DNA of 64,000 nucleotides from an uncultured Alphaproteobacteria bacterium (GTDB lineage Bacteria; Pseudomonadota; Alphaproteobacteria; RF32; CAG-239). Location of the stretch: contig CABQIK010000002.1 in the NCBI GenBank assembly GCA_902464275.1, positions 14-64,013 on the forward strand. The letters are read 5' to 3'. The position numbers and the translations under genes were made by a program. The notes below the pieces were generated by a model, which searched no databases, was not told the origin of the DNA, and was given only the letters and a program-made list of their open reading frames with translations. The first letter of the stretch is position 1. Every line of letters starts with the position of its first letter. Of the stretch, positions 38,551 through 48,798 are shown one piece after another.

Positions 38551-38652
38551 AGGTTCGAGTCCTGCCACTCCCACCAATAAATAAGTCCCCTTTACGGGGA
38601 TTTTTTTATTGGTGAAAACAGAAAGAACCTGCAATACCGTGGCTTTTGTAAA

Positions 38653-39690
38653 CTAAGGCTGTAAAACCTCCCAATAGCCGCCTTTGTCCGGACCTATGCG
38701 GCGAATTTTTTCTTCTTTTTTCAATTTTTCTAAATTCCATTTAACACCGTCAGGCGTAAGTCCGACAAGATTGGCTAGCTCTTTGCGGGTAGCTTTAGGA
38801 TTATTTGCCAGTATTTGTAAAATTTTCTGGGTAGTTCCAATAATGTTTTTCTGGGTAGTTTTCTGGGGAGTACCATCTGTTATCTGCATTGTTCGGTTAT
38901 CAAGCCGTGTATTTTCACCCAACAACAAATTTCCAAAAAAATTATTTAAGTATTCAAAGGTATAAAAAATATCTTTATTTAAATTTTGATAGTTAGCACG
39001 CACAAGAGCATTGCGGAAATATTTGGCATGAGCTTCAAACATATCATTATTGGTTGCAAAACCCAGTGTATATAAATATTTTATAATAAATACTGCCGTG
39101 GTACGGGTGTTACCTTCGCCAAACGGATGAATTTGCCATATCCCGGAAGTAAATTTTGCAAGGTGCTCCACTTTTTCACGCTTTGACAATCCTTTATAAT
39201 TAAACTTTTTTTCTTGTGCAAAATCATAATCAAGAGTTTCCATAATACTGTCAGCGCGGCCGTAAATAACGGTATCGCCATTTAATATCGGTTCTTTTTT
39301 GGTAATGTCGTATGTTCTGATTTTGCCGGCAATTTCTTTAGCAAAAATGCCTGTAAACAGCACTTTGTGAATAGATATTAATTCAGCCGGACTAAATGAA
39401 AAAGTATGCGTGCTTAAAAGTTTGGCAATACGCGCCGAAACCTCATCAGCCTCTTTTTCATTATGTTCTTGTACTGTTTTTGCCGGATTTTCTTGATAAT
39501 ATCTGCTGACTTGTTTTCCGGCTTCATCAATAGAAATTTTTCCCTCAATATTATCTTTGGCAATTTTTATCAGATATTGAGAAGGTATCAAATTGTCAAC
39601 CTGTTGCAAACCGATTGCAATACTCCAATTTTCGGCTTTTTTATATTTTTCCGGCTCGCCTTGTTTTTTGTATTCTTCAAAATGTTCCAT
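38653..39690 (-). CDS. fic: Fic/DOC family protein with a C-terminal winged HTH
   Basis: HPFGEGNTRTTAVFI matches the Fic core HPFx(D/E)GNGR motif. C-terminal ...TRKELANLVGLTPDGVKWNLEKLKKEEKIRR. Confidence 0.8.
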   Translation of the reverse strand: MEHFEEYKKQGEPEKYKKAENWSIAIGLQQVDNLIPSQYLIKIAKDNIEGKISIDEAGKQVSRYYQENPAKTVQEHNEKEADEVSARIAKLLSTHTFSFSPAELISIHKVLFTGIFAKEIAGKIRTYDITKKEPILNGDTVIYGRADSIMETLDYDFAQEKKFNYKGLSKREKVEHLAKFTSGIWQIHPFGEGNTRTTAVFIIKYLYTLGFATNNDMFEAHAKYFRNALVRANYQNLNKDIFYTFEYLNNFFGNLLLGENTRLDNRTMQITDGTPQKTTQKNIIGTTQKILQILANNPKATRKELANLVGLTPDGVKWNLEKLKKEEKIRRIGPDKGGYWEVLQP

Positions 39691-39787
39691 AATGCCTCCG
39701 ACAAAGATGTATAAAGTATAGCAAATATATGATAAAAATCAAGCGACAAACGATGCGGGCAGTTGTTAAATAATTTCAGACCAAATA

Positions 39788-39880
39788 CAACTTATGCACA
39801 GTGCAGACTCGTAAATATTGCAAAAAAAAAACGCGAGCTAAAATCTTCTCAAAACTAACAATTTGAGGAGATTTTTTATT
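39788..39880 (+). promoter_or_regulatory. conserved pilin-family upstream element
   Basis: caacttatgcacagtgcagactcgtaaatattgcaAAAAAAAAAAcgcgagctaaaatcttc...gaggag. Confidence 0.6.
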
Positions 39881-40507
39881 ATGAAATCAGAAAATGGTCG
39901 GTCTATGGTGGAAATGCTCGGAGTTCTGGCTATTATCGGGGTGTTGTCGGTCGGCGCTATTGCCGGTTACTCCAAGGCAATGTTTAAGTATAAATTAAAT
40001 AAGCAAGCGGAAGGGTTTAACCTGCTGTTAAATAACGCTTTGCAACTTGAAGGAAGCTTGAATTTTACCCCCGATGCCGTAACTTATTACGGTGATTTAT
40101 TTAAAAAGCTTAACCTGATACCGGACGGTTTTAAGTATGAATCAAATTTTAGATTAAAAGACATGTTCAATAATGATATTTGGATTTATCATCATGACAA
40201 TTTAAATGGTAACGATTTACATTTCAGCGCTATCGGATATAAATTTCAACCCTCCTCGCAAGGCGCCGAGCTCTGCCGCAACATTGTGATAACCGCTAAA
40301 GAAAACGCAGCCGATTTATACGCGCTGACCACCACAAAATATAATAATGACGGAAGCTATAATCCGTCACAGGGAACTTTATACGGCGATAAGTTTTGCG
40401 ATGCCTCCGACAAACCCTGCATGCGCAATTTGACTTTAGATAAAATAGCCGGACTTTGCCATATATGTAACGAACAAACTTGCGACTTATATATAGAATG
40501 GCAATAA
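39881..40507 (+). CDS. type IV pilin-like protein, paralog 6
   Basis: MKSENG|RSMVEM...; subfamily B (..LIPDGFKY..IYHH..SSQGAELCRNIVITAKENAADLY..LYGDKFC....PCMRNLTLDKI..LCHICN). Confidence 0.8.
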   Translation: MKSENGRSMVEMLGVLAIIGVLSVGAIAGYSKAMFKYKLNKQAEGFNLLLNNALQLEGSLNFTPDAVTYYGDLFKKLNLIPDGFKYESNFRLKDMFNNDIWIYHHDNLNGNDLHFSAIGYKFQPSSQGAELCRNIVITAKENAADLYALTTTKYNNDGSYNPSQGTLYGDKFCDASDKPCMRNLTLDKIAGLCHICNEQTCDLYIEWQ

Positions 40508-40542
40508 ACTTATTTTAACTTTTCAGGCTTATAATTAAGCTT

Positions 40543-41484
40543 ATGAAAAGTGAAATTATATATAATACCGACTCCGAACTGCACACCACCATTGTAAATT
40601 GGCTTTTGTGGCTTAAAAACGAGCGCCGCTATTCTGAGCATACCATAGACGCTTATGCCCGCGATATGGCGTGTTTTGTTAATTTTTTTGCAAGCGAAAA
40701 TGCGGTAAATATTGACTTTTTGCGCAATATGCAGGTGCATGACTTCAGGCGCTTTATCGGCTTCAGAGCCACTCATTACATTGAAAAATCATCACAATCA
40801 CGCGAGCTTTCCGCGGTTAAAAACTTTTTTAAGTGGCTGGATAAAAACCATATCTTGAAAAATTCCGCCATCAGCGTAATCAGCAATCCGCGTCTGCCAA
40901 AGGTTTTACCCAAAGCGCTTGATGTTACTGACGCGCAAGACTTGCTACAACAGGTAAAATCTTTTGCCAAAGACGATTGGCAAGGTTTGCGCGACCAAGC
41001 CATTTTGATTTTGCTATACGGCTGCGGATTGCGTATTTCAGAGGCGTTATCCTTAAACGTTGGCGACATAAACGCCAACAGTGAATTTTTGCGCATAAAA
41101 GGAAAAGGCAACAAAGAAAGACTTGTTCCTTTGTTGCCCATAATCACTGAAGCCGTAAACGCCTATACCACTGCCGCGCCATATAATTTTAAGCACGGCG
41201 AGGCTTTGTTTGTCGGCGCTCGCGGTGAACGTTTAAGTCCGCGGATTATTCAACGACAGTTGCAAAAGATTCGGGCGTATATGGGCCTTCCTGATACTGT
41301 GACGCCCCATGCTCTGCGACATTCTTATGCAACTCATTTATTAGCTGAGGGAACCGACCTGCGCTCCATTCAGGAGTTATTGGGTCATGCGTCCCTAACC
41401 ACAACCCAACGCTATACCGATGTTCAGACCGAAACCTTAAAACGTGAATACGATAAGGCGTATAGTCCTGAAACAGATAAATAA
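40543..41484 (+). CDS. tyrosine site-specific recombinase (XerC/XerD family)
   Basis: C-terminal catalytic region HALRHSYATHLLAEGTDLRSIQELLGHASLTTTQRYTDV with the R..HxxR..Y pattern. Confidence 0.8.
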   Translation: MKSEIIYNTDSELHTTIVNWLLWLKNERRYSEHTIDAYARDMACFVNFFASENAVNIDFLRNMQVHDFRRFIGFRATHYIEKSSQSRELSAVKNFFKWLDKNHILKNSAISVISNPRLPKVLPKALDVTDAQDLLQQVKSFAKDDWQGLRDQAILILLYGCGLRISEALSLNVGDINANSEFLRIKGKGNKERLVPLLPIITEAVNAYTTAAPYNFKHGEALFVGARGERLSPRIIQRQLQKIRAYMGLPDTVTPHALRHSYATHLLAEGTDLRSIQELLGHASLTTTQRYTDVQTETLKREYDKAYSPETDK

Positions 41485-41535
41485 AAAAGAGGCACAACAT
41501 CCGCGTACCTCTTTTTAAACTTTTATCTGAAAAGA

Positions 41536-41703
41536 TTACTTCAACTTCTTTTCTACGAACTCTTCGTGTTTTTTAGACTTTTTATCATATTTTTTCAAGA
41601 CTAATTTTTCCGGATGAGTTCTCGGATTCTTTTCAGCAAGATAAAATGTACCGGTACCGGCACTGCTTTCTAATTTTACTTTTACTTTTACTGCTTTTGC
41701 CAT
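41536..41703 (-). CDS. rpmG: 50S ribosomal protein L33 (55 aa; missed by the 60-aa ORF cut-off)
   Basis: Translated by hand: MAKAVKVKVKLESSAGTGTFYLAEKNPRTHPEKLVLKKYDKKSKKHEEFVEKKLK, matching the L33 pattern ...STAGTG.FY...KN.R..PEKL.L.KYD. Confidence 0.8.
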   Translation of the reverse strand: MAKAVKVKVKLESSAGTGTFYLAEKNPRTHPEKLVLKKYDKKSKKHEEFVEKKLK

Positions 41704-41788
41704 TTTTTTACTCTTAATTTAAGGTTATAAATCAAAACATTTAGGCGTAATATACATTTTTTGCCGCCGTTGTCAACAATAATTTTTA

Positions 41789-42859
41789 TCACATTTCATT
41801 TTTTATGTAATCAGCGGCAATAATAACATCAGATTCCTGATTAAATCGGTCTTCTTTTTGGCAAGTTGCATCGTTCAAGCTCAGCGCTCGTTTTAAACCG
41901 CCTGTACAAACCGCCGGATTTAAGCCGACCTCATTAATTTGCCCGCCGGACGGAGTAAAAAAGTATGATTTAGTTAAAGCCATGGCGCGCCCCTCGCCCA
42001 TTTTTACCACATTTTGCACCGTTCCTTTGCCATACGTTTGAGTGCCGATTAACATCGCGCGGTTTTGCTCGCTTAATGCCGCCGCCAAAACTTCCGCCGC
42101 GGAAGCGGTAAAGCCATCAACCAACACCGCCAACGGTTTATTGTGCCAAACATCGCCGGCGGTTGCGGTGTAATACTGCGGATTCTGTCCGTTTTCAGCG
42201 GCGGTATACGTTACAATGCCTTCATCTAACAGCATGTCGGCAATTTTTAACGCTTCATTCAGCACGCCGCCGTGATTGCCGCGTAAATCCAAAATAAGCC
42301 CTTGGCAATTATCGCAATCGGCCAAAGCTTTGGCAACCTCATCGCTGACACCGTTTTGAAACGATACAATTTTAATGAGCAAAATATTGTTGCCGACTTT
42401 GCGGACGGCAAAATTGCGCTTTACCGCAAGCTGTTTTTCATCATCAAAGCCGCCAAAATAGTGCGAGTAGCCGTCAAGCCCCGCAAATACTTCTTGCGCA
42501 AAGCGGTCAGGCATTTCATAATCATAAAGTTCAACATCAGGCGAAAGCTTTATGGCCATATTAATAATTTTGCGGCTTAAATCCGCCCATTGCGCCGCGG
42601 CCGCATCTGCGGGCGGAAGCGCAAAAACGCCTTTGCGCTGTTGATTATAATATAAATAAAGTGTTTCATCCGTGGCTTTAAGCGCAAAGCCGGCATCGGT
42701 TTTGTTTAAGGCTTTGAGCCCCTTAAAAGTAATATTGCGGTTACTGATATTGTTAATGTAATCAGCCTGCAAAGTGTCATAAACCTTGCCGATAACATCG
42801 GCTTTGGCAGGCAGATTCAGCAACAGCAAAACAAACAGCAAGCAAACAATTTTGTACAT
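41789..42859 (-). CDS. ctpA: carboxy-terminal processing protease (S41)
   Basis: LILDLRGNHGG ... TASAAEVLA. Signal peptide from MYKIVCLLFVLLLLNLPAKA; the track N-terminal extension is rejected. Confidence 0.75.
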   Translation of the reverse strand: MYKIVCLLFVLLLLNLPAKADVIGKVYDTLQADYINNISNRNITFKGLKALNKTDAGFALKATDETLYLYYNQQRKGVFALPPADAAAAQWADLSRKIINMAIKLSPDVELYDYEMPDRFAQEVFAGLDGYSHYFGGFDDEKQLAVKRNFAVRKVGNNILLIKIVSFQNGVSDEVAKALADCDNCQGLILDLRGNHGGVLNEALKIADMLLDEGIVTYTAAENGQNPQYYTATAGDVWHNKPLAVLVDGFTASAAEVLAAALSEQNRAMLIGTQTYGKGTVQNVVKMGEGRAMALTKSYFFTPSGGQINEVGLNPAVCTGGLKRALSLNDATCQKEDRFNQESDVIIAADYIKNEM

Positions 42860-42869
42860 AAGCGCGCCT

Positions 42870-43664
42870 TTACAAATCAAGTTCCGTAACAAGCGGAGTG
42901 TGGTCCGAAGGCTTTTCAGCCATGCGCAGGCTTTTATCAACGTTTACGCTTTTAAGCTTATCAGCCAAACCAGGCGATAAAAACTGATAGTCTATGCGCA
43001 TACCTAAATCCTGCTCATACGATTTGGCTCCGTAATCCCAAAAAGTGTAGCCGTTTTGCAACGGATACAGCGTGCGGAACGCATCATAAAAGCCTAAATA
43101 TTTTAAGGCGGTTAAGCGTTTGCGAACTTCAGGACGATACAGAGCATTGTTAACAAAAAGTTCCGGATTATAAACATCATCAGGGGTTAAAATCACATTA
43201 AAATCGCCACCCAAAACCACATTTTGATGCCGTTTAAGCAAGTTGGCGGCATGACGATACAGCGAATCCATAAATTTAAGTTTATATTCAAAGCGGCTGT
43301 TGTCATCGGGGGCGTTATACGGCGGATTGCCGTTAGGCAAATATATGCTTGCCGCTCTGATTTCAGCGTTTTGCGACTTAACCGTAACTTCTAAATAACG
43401 GGCGGCATCATCGGCAAAATCCGGCAGCCCTTCTTGCACGGTTTGAATTTTATGTTTGCTTAACACGGCCACGCCGTTATAACTTTTTTGCCCCAAAACT
43501 TTGGCATTGTAGCCCACGGCATTAATTTCAAAAAACGGAAAAGCGTTATATTCGCACTTAATTTCTTGCAGCATAACAATGTCAGGCGCCTTTGTTTGCA
43601 GCCATTTTATAAATTGCGGCAAACGGGCATTGATTGAATTGATATTAAAGGTGGCAATACGCAT
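42870..43664 (-). CDS. xthA: exodeoxyribonuclease III
   Basis: MRIATFNINSI..., EEP fold, ~264 aa. Confidence 0.85.
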   Translation of the reverse strand: MRIATFNINSINARLPQFIKWLQTKAPDIVMLQEIKCEYNAFPFFEINAVGYNAKVLGQKSYNGVAVLSKHKIQTVQEGLPDFADDAARYLEVTVKSQNAEIRAASIYLPNGNPPYNAPDDNSRFEYKLKFMDSLYRHAANLLKRHQNVVLGGDFNVILTPDDVYNPELFVNNALYRPEVRKRLTALKYLGFYDAFRTLYPLQNGYTFWDYGAKSYEQDLGMRIDYQFLSPGLADKLKSVNVDKSLRMAEKPSDHTPLVTELDL

Positions 43665-43810
43665 AATTTGTTCCGGTTAAAGGTTATTGATAAGCTGATT
43701 TTAGCTAAAAATAACATTAATGCAAGCCCGATGTTAAAGGATTATAAAGTTTTTAATTTTATGATTGGGCTAAAGTTTTTGATTACCGCAAAATTATAAA
43801 AGGTGTAAAA

Positions 43811-44752
43811 ATGTTTAAGGAATTTTCCAATAACGAAAAAGAAGACGATTATTTAAGCGAATTTCGGCAAAAAGTTGCCACTCAGCAGCAAGAAGACATT
43901 GCCGAAAGACAATCGGAACTGCAGCGTTCGCGCAACGGATTTATCGGCACATTGGCCGGAATTGTTTTAGCGGGTGTGGTCAGTTGGGTTTTGCTTTTAC
44001 CGCGCTTTGCCGACAATAACCCATCTGAAATTCCGGTTATACGCCGTCCGATTACGCCGGTAAAAATTCAGCCTAACGAGCCGGGTGGAATGGAAATTTT
44101 AGATCAAGACAAATCGGTTTATAATCTGGTTGAAAAGAAAGAAATTGCGCCGGAAAAAATTGAGAGCATTTTACCCGAGCCGGAAGCTCCCAAAATGCCG
44201 ACCATTGTGCCGGAGCCCGAGAAACCGGCGGTTGCGGAAGAAGCTAAACCGGTAGTGGTTGATATGCCGGAAGAAAAAACCGATACTCTGCCGATTAAAC
44301 CGCTTAATGAGCATATTGAAGCGGCAAGCTCAACTTCAGGCAAAAAAATAAACATTCCCGAAAAGCTGCCGGAAATTAAAGTTGAAATTAAAAAAGCCGA
44401 ACCCGCGGCAGAAGTTAAAGCTGATGTTAAGCCTGCGGCAAAAGCGGAATCTAAGCCGGAAGAAAAGGCCGCTGCCAAGCCTGAGGCAGCAAAAGCCGTA
44501 ACAAGCGGAGCATGGCAAGTGCAACTGATTGCCTCCGCAAGCCAAAAAGCGGCGGAGGATACATGGAAAATTTTATCCGCAAAATATGATGTGCTTAAAA
44601 ATCTGCCGCATGAGATTGACGCCTCCCGCAACGATGCCAGAGCCATGTTATACCGCCTGCGCGTCGGAGCGTTTGCCGATAAAGCAGGAGCCGAAAAGGT
44701 TTGCAATGAAATTAAACAAGCCGGCGGCAGCTGTTTGGTAAAACAAAAGTAG
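43811..44752 (+). CDS. SPOR-domain protein with a TM anchor and a Pro/Glu/Lys-rich linker
   Basis: C-terminal SGAWQVQLIASASQKAAEDTWKIL...YRLRVGAFADKAGAEKVCNEIK is a SPOR fold signature. Confidence 0.7.
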   Translation: MFKEFSNNEKEDDYLSEFRQKVATQQQEDIAERQSELQRSRNGFIGTLAGIVLAGVVSWVLLLPRFADNNPSEIPVIRRPITPVKIQPNEPGGMEILDQDKSVYNLVEKKEIAPEKIESILPEPEAPKMPTIVPEPEKPAVAEEAKPVVVDMPEEKTDTLPIKPLNEHIEAASSTSGKKINIPEKLPEIKVEIKKAEPAAEVKADVKPAAKAESKPEEKAAAKPEAAKAVTSGAWQVQLIASASQKAAEDTWKILSAKYDVLKNLPHEIDASRNDARAMLYRLRVGAFADKAGAEKVCNEIKQAGGSCLVKQK

Positions 44753-44759
44753 GCGCATT

Positions 44760-45821
44760 ATGGAAAAACCGATTCTTGCCGCCATTTTGTCGGTCAGCGG
44801 CACCAAATTAACCGATGATGAAAAGTTTTTGCTTGAAAAAGCAAACCCGCTCGGGGTGTCATTGTTCGGGCGCAACATTGCAAGCAAAGAGCAACTTATA
44901 AGCCTTAATAACGAAATTAAATCAGTTATCGGGCGCGGCGATGCGCTGATTGCGCTTGATGAAGAAGGCGGCCGGGTTAACCGCTTAAAATCTTTGGGGT
45001 ATGATTACGCATGGGCTAAAAGTTTGGGCGATTCCGGCTCAGAGCAAATTGCCAAATTGCACTGCAAAATTATTGCTGAAGATATGCTTATGCTCGGCGC
45101 TAACTTAAACTTTGCGCCGGTGTTAGATGTGGAGTATGAGCAGACAACCATTGCCCTTAAAGGACGCTGTTTAAGCTCTGACGAGCACAAGGTGGCCAAA
45201 CTGGGGCGGGTTATGTGGCAAACTTATGCCGAATCGGGAGTTTGTCCTTGTCTGAAACATCTTCCGGGGCACGGACGCGCCGCCAACGACCCGCATTTGC
45301 AACTGCCGGCCATCACCTGCTCTTTGACTGAAATGGAAAAAGATTTTTATCCGTTTATTAAAAATAATGACTGCCCGATGGCTATGACGGCGCATATTTT
45401 GGTAACCGAATTTGATGAGCGCGCTCCGATAACTTTTTCAAAGCGCGGAATTAATGAAATTATACGCTCGCGAATCGGATTTAACGGATTTTTACTTTCA
45501 GACGCACTTGAAATGAAGGCGCTTAAAGGTAATATTACAGAACGCGCCGTTAGCGCGTGGAATGCCGGTTGCGATGCTGTATGCTATTGTAACGGCGATA
45601 TTAATTCTTTGCAAGAAATATGCCAAAACGGCCGATTTTTAAGCGACATTGCGCTTGAGAGGTTTAATAATGTAAAAAATGTTTTGCAAAAAGCAAAAAA
45701 ATCAATACAATTAACTCAAGAGCGTGAAAGTTACGGTGAGTTTTTGCGCTTGCACAACGCTGAAGAAATTAATTATGATGCAACCGAAATACTGCATCAG
45801 ATGCAACAAGGAGAAAAATAA
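44760..45821 (+). CDS. nagZ: beta-N-acetylhexosaminidase (GH3)
   Basis: KHLPGHGRA catalytic region; ~350 aa; follows the SPOR gene as in many alphaproteobacteria. Confidence 0.8.
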   Translation: MEKPILAAILSVSGTKLTDDEKFLLEKANPLGVSLFGRNIASKEQLISLNNEIKSVIGRGDALIALDEEGGRVNRLKSLGYDYAWAKSLGDSGSEQIAKLHCKIIAEDMLMLGANLNFAPVLDVEYEQTTIALKGRCLSSDEHKVAKLGRVMWQTYAESGVCPCLKHLPGHGRAANDPHLQLPAITCSLTEMEKDFYPFIKNNDCPMAMTAHILVTEFDERAPITFSKRGINEIIRSRIGFNGFLLSDALEMKALKGNITERAVSAWNAGCDAVCYCNGDINSLQEICQNGRFLSDIALERFNNVKNVLQKAKKSIQLTQERESYGEFLRLHNAEEINYDATEILHQMQQGEK

Positions 45822-46012
45822 TGTTTTTTGGTTTTTGGAGTTGGGTTTTGGTGTTTATTGCAGTGGCTGCAATTTTTTCAGCTGACAGACTGCCTGAATT
45901 AAAAGAGTTTTTTAAAGAATTTACCGAGACCGTTAAAACCGGCACTAAAAACGGTGTGCAAAAGGTTAAAGAAAAAGCCGAAAAGGCTAAAAAGAACAAA
46001 GAAAATAAATAA
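45821..46012 (+). CDS. tatA: TatA/E-like small membrane protein (Sec-independent translocase subunit), tentative
   Basis: 63 aa: N-terminal TM helix, then an amphipathic lysine-rich tail (..IFSADRLPELKEFFKEF..). Position after nagZ fits the conserved nagZ-(scpAB)-tatA neighbourhood. Confidence 0.4.
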   Translation: MFFGFWSWVLVFIAVAAIFSADRLPELKEFFKEFTETVKTGTKNGVQKVKEKAEKAKKNKENK

Positions 46013-46035
46013 TTTGTTTGTTTTATAAAAATTTG

Positions 46036-46070
46036 CCCCGCATGGTATTATTCACGCGGGGTTTTATTTT
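46036..46070 (+). terminator. rho-independent terminator
   Basis: ccccgcatggtattattcacgcgggg followed by TTTTATTTT. Confidence 0.55.
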
Positions 46071-46094
46071 ACACAATTTATGTACATCTGTAAA

Positions 46095-46285
46095 AATTCC
46101 ACTCCTGAGGAGGGGGGCGGCGCTAGCCGACGGGGTGGTGAAAATATAAGGTTAAAAATTATACTTAATTTACGGTTTTTTGTAATATAAAACAAATATT
46201 TAATACGCTGTTAAACAGTGCAATAACCACCCCGCCTTCGGCACCCCTCCATAGAGGGGAATTTTTTATAGTGCCAATTTACATA
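46095..46285. mobile_element. second copy of the MITE-like element (aattccactcctgaggagg ... ccatagaggggaattttttatagtgccaatttacat) immediately upstream of the paralog 7 promoter
   Basis: ~75-80% identical to 751-1005. Flanked by a degenerate acaatttatgtaca (46069-46083) and an exact acaacttatacaca (46286-). Confidence 0.5.
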
Positions 46286-46378
46286 CAACTTATACACACC
46301 CCAGACTCGTAAATATTGCAAAAAAAAAACGCGAGCTAAAATCTTCTTAAATTTAACTTTTTGAGGAGATTTCAGCTC
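46286..46378 (+). promoter_or_regulatory. conserved pilin-family upstream element
   Basis: caacttatacacaccccagactcgtaaatattgcaAAAAAAAAAAcgcgagctaaaatcttc...gaggag. Confidence 0.6.
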
Positions 46379-46990
46379 ATGTATACACAATCTGGACGGT
46401 CTATGGTGGAGATGATCGGCGTTTTAGCTATTATCGGGGTGCTGTCGGTCGGGGCTATCAGCGGATATAGCAAAGCCATGATGAAGTATAAAATGAATCA
46501 AGCCGTTGACGGATATAACCATTTAATCGCCACGGTTATTGAAAAAATAGCGCAGGATAACAGCACGTTTGAAGCAGATTCAAATAACACCCTTTGGTAT
46601 ACGTCCATTTTTGCCAAAGCCGGTTGGCTGCCGGATTATTTTAAACCACTAAACGATACTCCTCAATATGCGCTTGATAAATCCCGCAATCTGGTCTGGA
46701 TTTTTAAAAATAAAAAGAAAGAACTAGGAATCGGAGTTGAAATCAGCCACCAAAAAGAACTCTGCACAACTTTATTTAACTTAGCCAAAGAATGGAAAGG
46801 CGACTTAGCCCGCTGCGGGAGTGAAAACAACAACGGCAGCGTTATATATGGGCAATTTTTTGGTGATAAAAACTGCACTGATGAGGTTAAATGTTTGGCA
46901 AACATTACCGTTAATGATATTAACACCGCTTGCTCGCCATGTGAAACGCAAGATTGCCGATTTTACTTTATTACCAACGCCATGCAATAA
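46379..46990 (+). CDS. type IV pilin-like protein, paralog 7 (divergent, 7 Cys)
   Basis: MYTQSG|RSMVEMIGVLAIIGVLSVGAISGYSKAMMKYKMNQ. The C-terminal C..C..C scaffold is retained. Confidence 0.75.
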   Translation: MYTQSGRSMVEMIGVLAIIGVLSVGAISGYSKAMMKYKMNQAVDGYNHLIATVIEKIAQDNSTFEADSNNTLWYTSIFAKAGWLPDYFKPLNDTPQYALDKSRNLVWIFKNKKKELGIGVEISHQKELCTTLFNLAKEWKGDLARCGSENNNGSVIYGQFFGDKNCTDEVKCLANITVNDINTACSPCETQDCRFYFITNAMQ

Positions 46991-46994
46991 ATTA

Positions 46995-47030
46995 AAAGCG
47001 GAGAATTTGCTCTCCGCTTTTGTTTTTATT
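46995..47030. terminator. bidirectional terminator hairpin (aaagcggagaatttgctctccgcttt + TGTTTTTATT) overlapping the rsfS stop
   Basis: 10-bp stem, 6-nt loop and a T-run. Confidence 0.6.
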
Positions 47031-47367
47031 TGCGCTTGTTAGCGGCTGACTGCCACATTTTTTCAAGACTGTAAAAATCGCGCACTTCCGGCTTAAAGAT
47101 ATGCACAATCACGTCAAAGGCATCAATCAAAACCCAATCGGCTTTGTCCTCACCTTCCATTGAAGAGGTAAAACCGGCTTTCTTTAAGTTTTCATGCACT
47201 TTTTCAGCCAATGAGGCAACATGGCGCTGCGAGGTGCCGCTTGCTATTACCATGTATTCGGCGATTGAGGTTTTGCCTTTTAAATCAAGCACTACCACAT
47301 CTTCAGCCTTATTGTCATATAAGGTTGTTTTAACAATTTCTAAAATTTTATCTTCTTGTTTTTCCAC
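47026..47367 (-). CDS. rsfS: ribosomal silencing factor RsfS (Iojap)
   Basis: DVVVLDLKGKTSIAEYMVIASGTSQRHV. Confidence 0.85.
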   Translation of the reverse strand: MEKQEDKILEIVKTTLYDNKAEDVVVLDLKGKTSIAEYMVIASGTSQRHVASLAEKVHENLKKAGFTSSMEGEDKADWVLIDAFDVIVHIFKPEVRDFYSLEKMWQSAANKRK

Positions 47368-47383
47368 GATATTAACTCCAATT

Positions 47384-48436
<1,053 letters not shown>

Positions 48437-48525
48437 CTAAAAGCCTGTTTACAATTTAATCAAACCGTTTAACCGTAAAACAAAGGGGGTGAACTTTCAC
48501 CCCCTCCGCCTGAATTGTGTTCATC

Positions 48526-48777
48526 TTATTCGTTAACAACAGAAACGAACACTTTATCTTCTTTTTTCTTGAACTCAACTTTACCTTCAGCTACGGCAAA
48601 AATGGTGTGGTCTTTACCCATATCAACATTTGAGCCTGCATGATACTTAGTTCCGCGCTGACGGATAATGATGTTTCCAGGAATAACAGCTTCGCCGCCA
48701 AACTTTTTAACGCCTAAACGACGTCCAATAGAATCGCGTCCGTTTGATGAGCTACCGCCTGACTTCTTATGTGCCAT
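48526..48777 (-). CDS. rpmA: 50S ribosomal protein L27
   Basis: [26 protein letters not shown]. Confidence 0.9.
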   Translation of the reverse strand: MAHKKSGGSSSNGRDSIGRRLGVKKFGGEAVIPGNIIIRQRGTKYHAGSNVDMGKDHTIFAVAEGKVEFKKKEDKVFVSVVNE

Positions 48778-48798
48778 CTTATATCTCCTTAACTCTTA

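Noticed and set aside
41485-41520. Terminator between xerC/D-like gene and rpmG
   Set aside because: The stem aaaagagg/cctctttt is AU-rich and the T-run is part of the stem rather than following it. Too weak to call.
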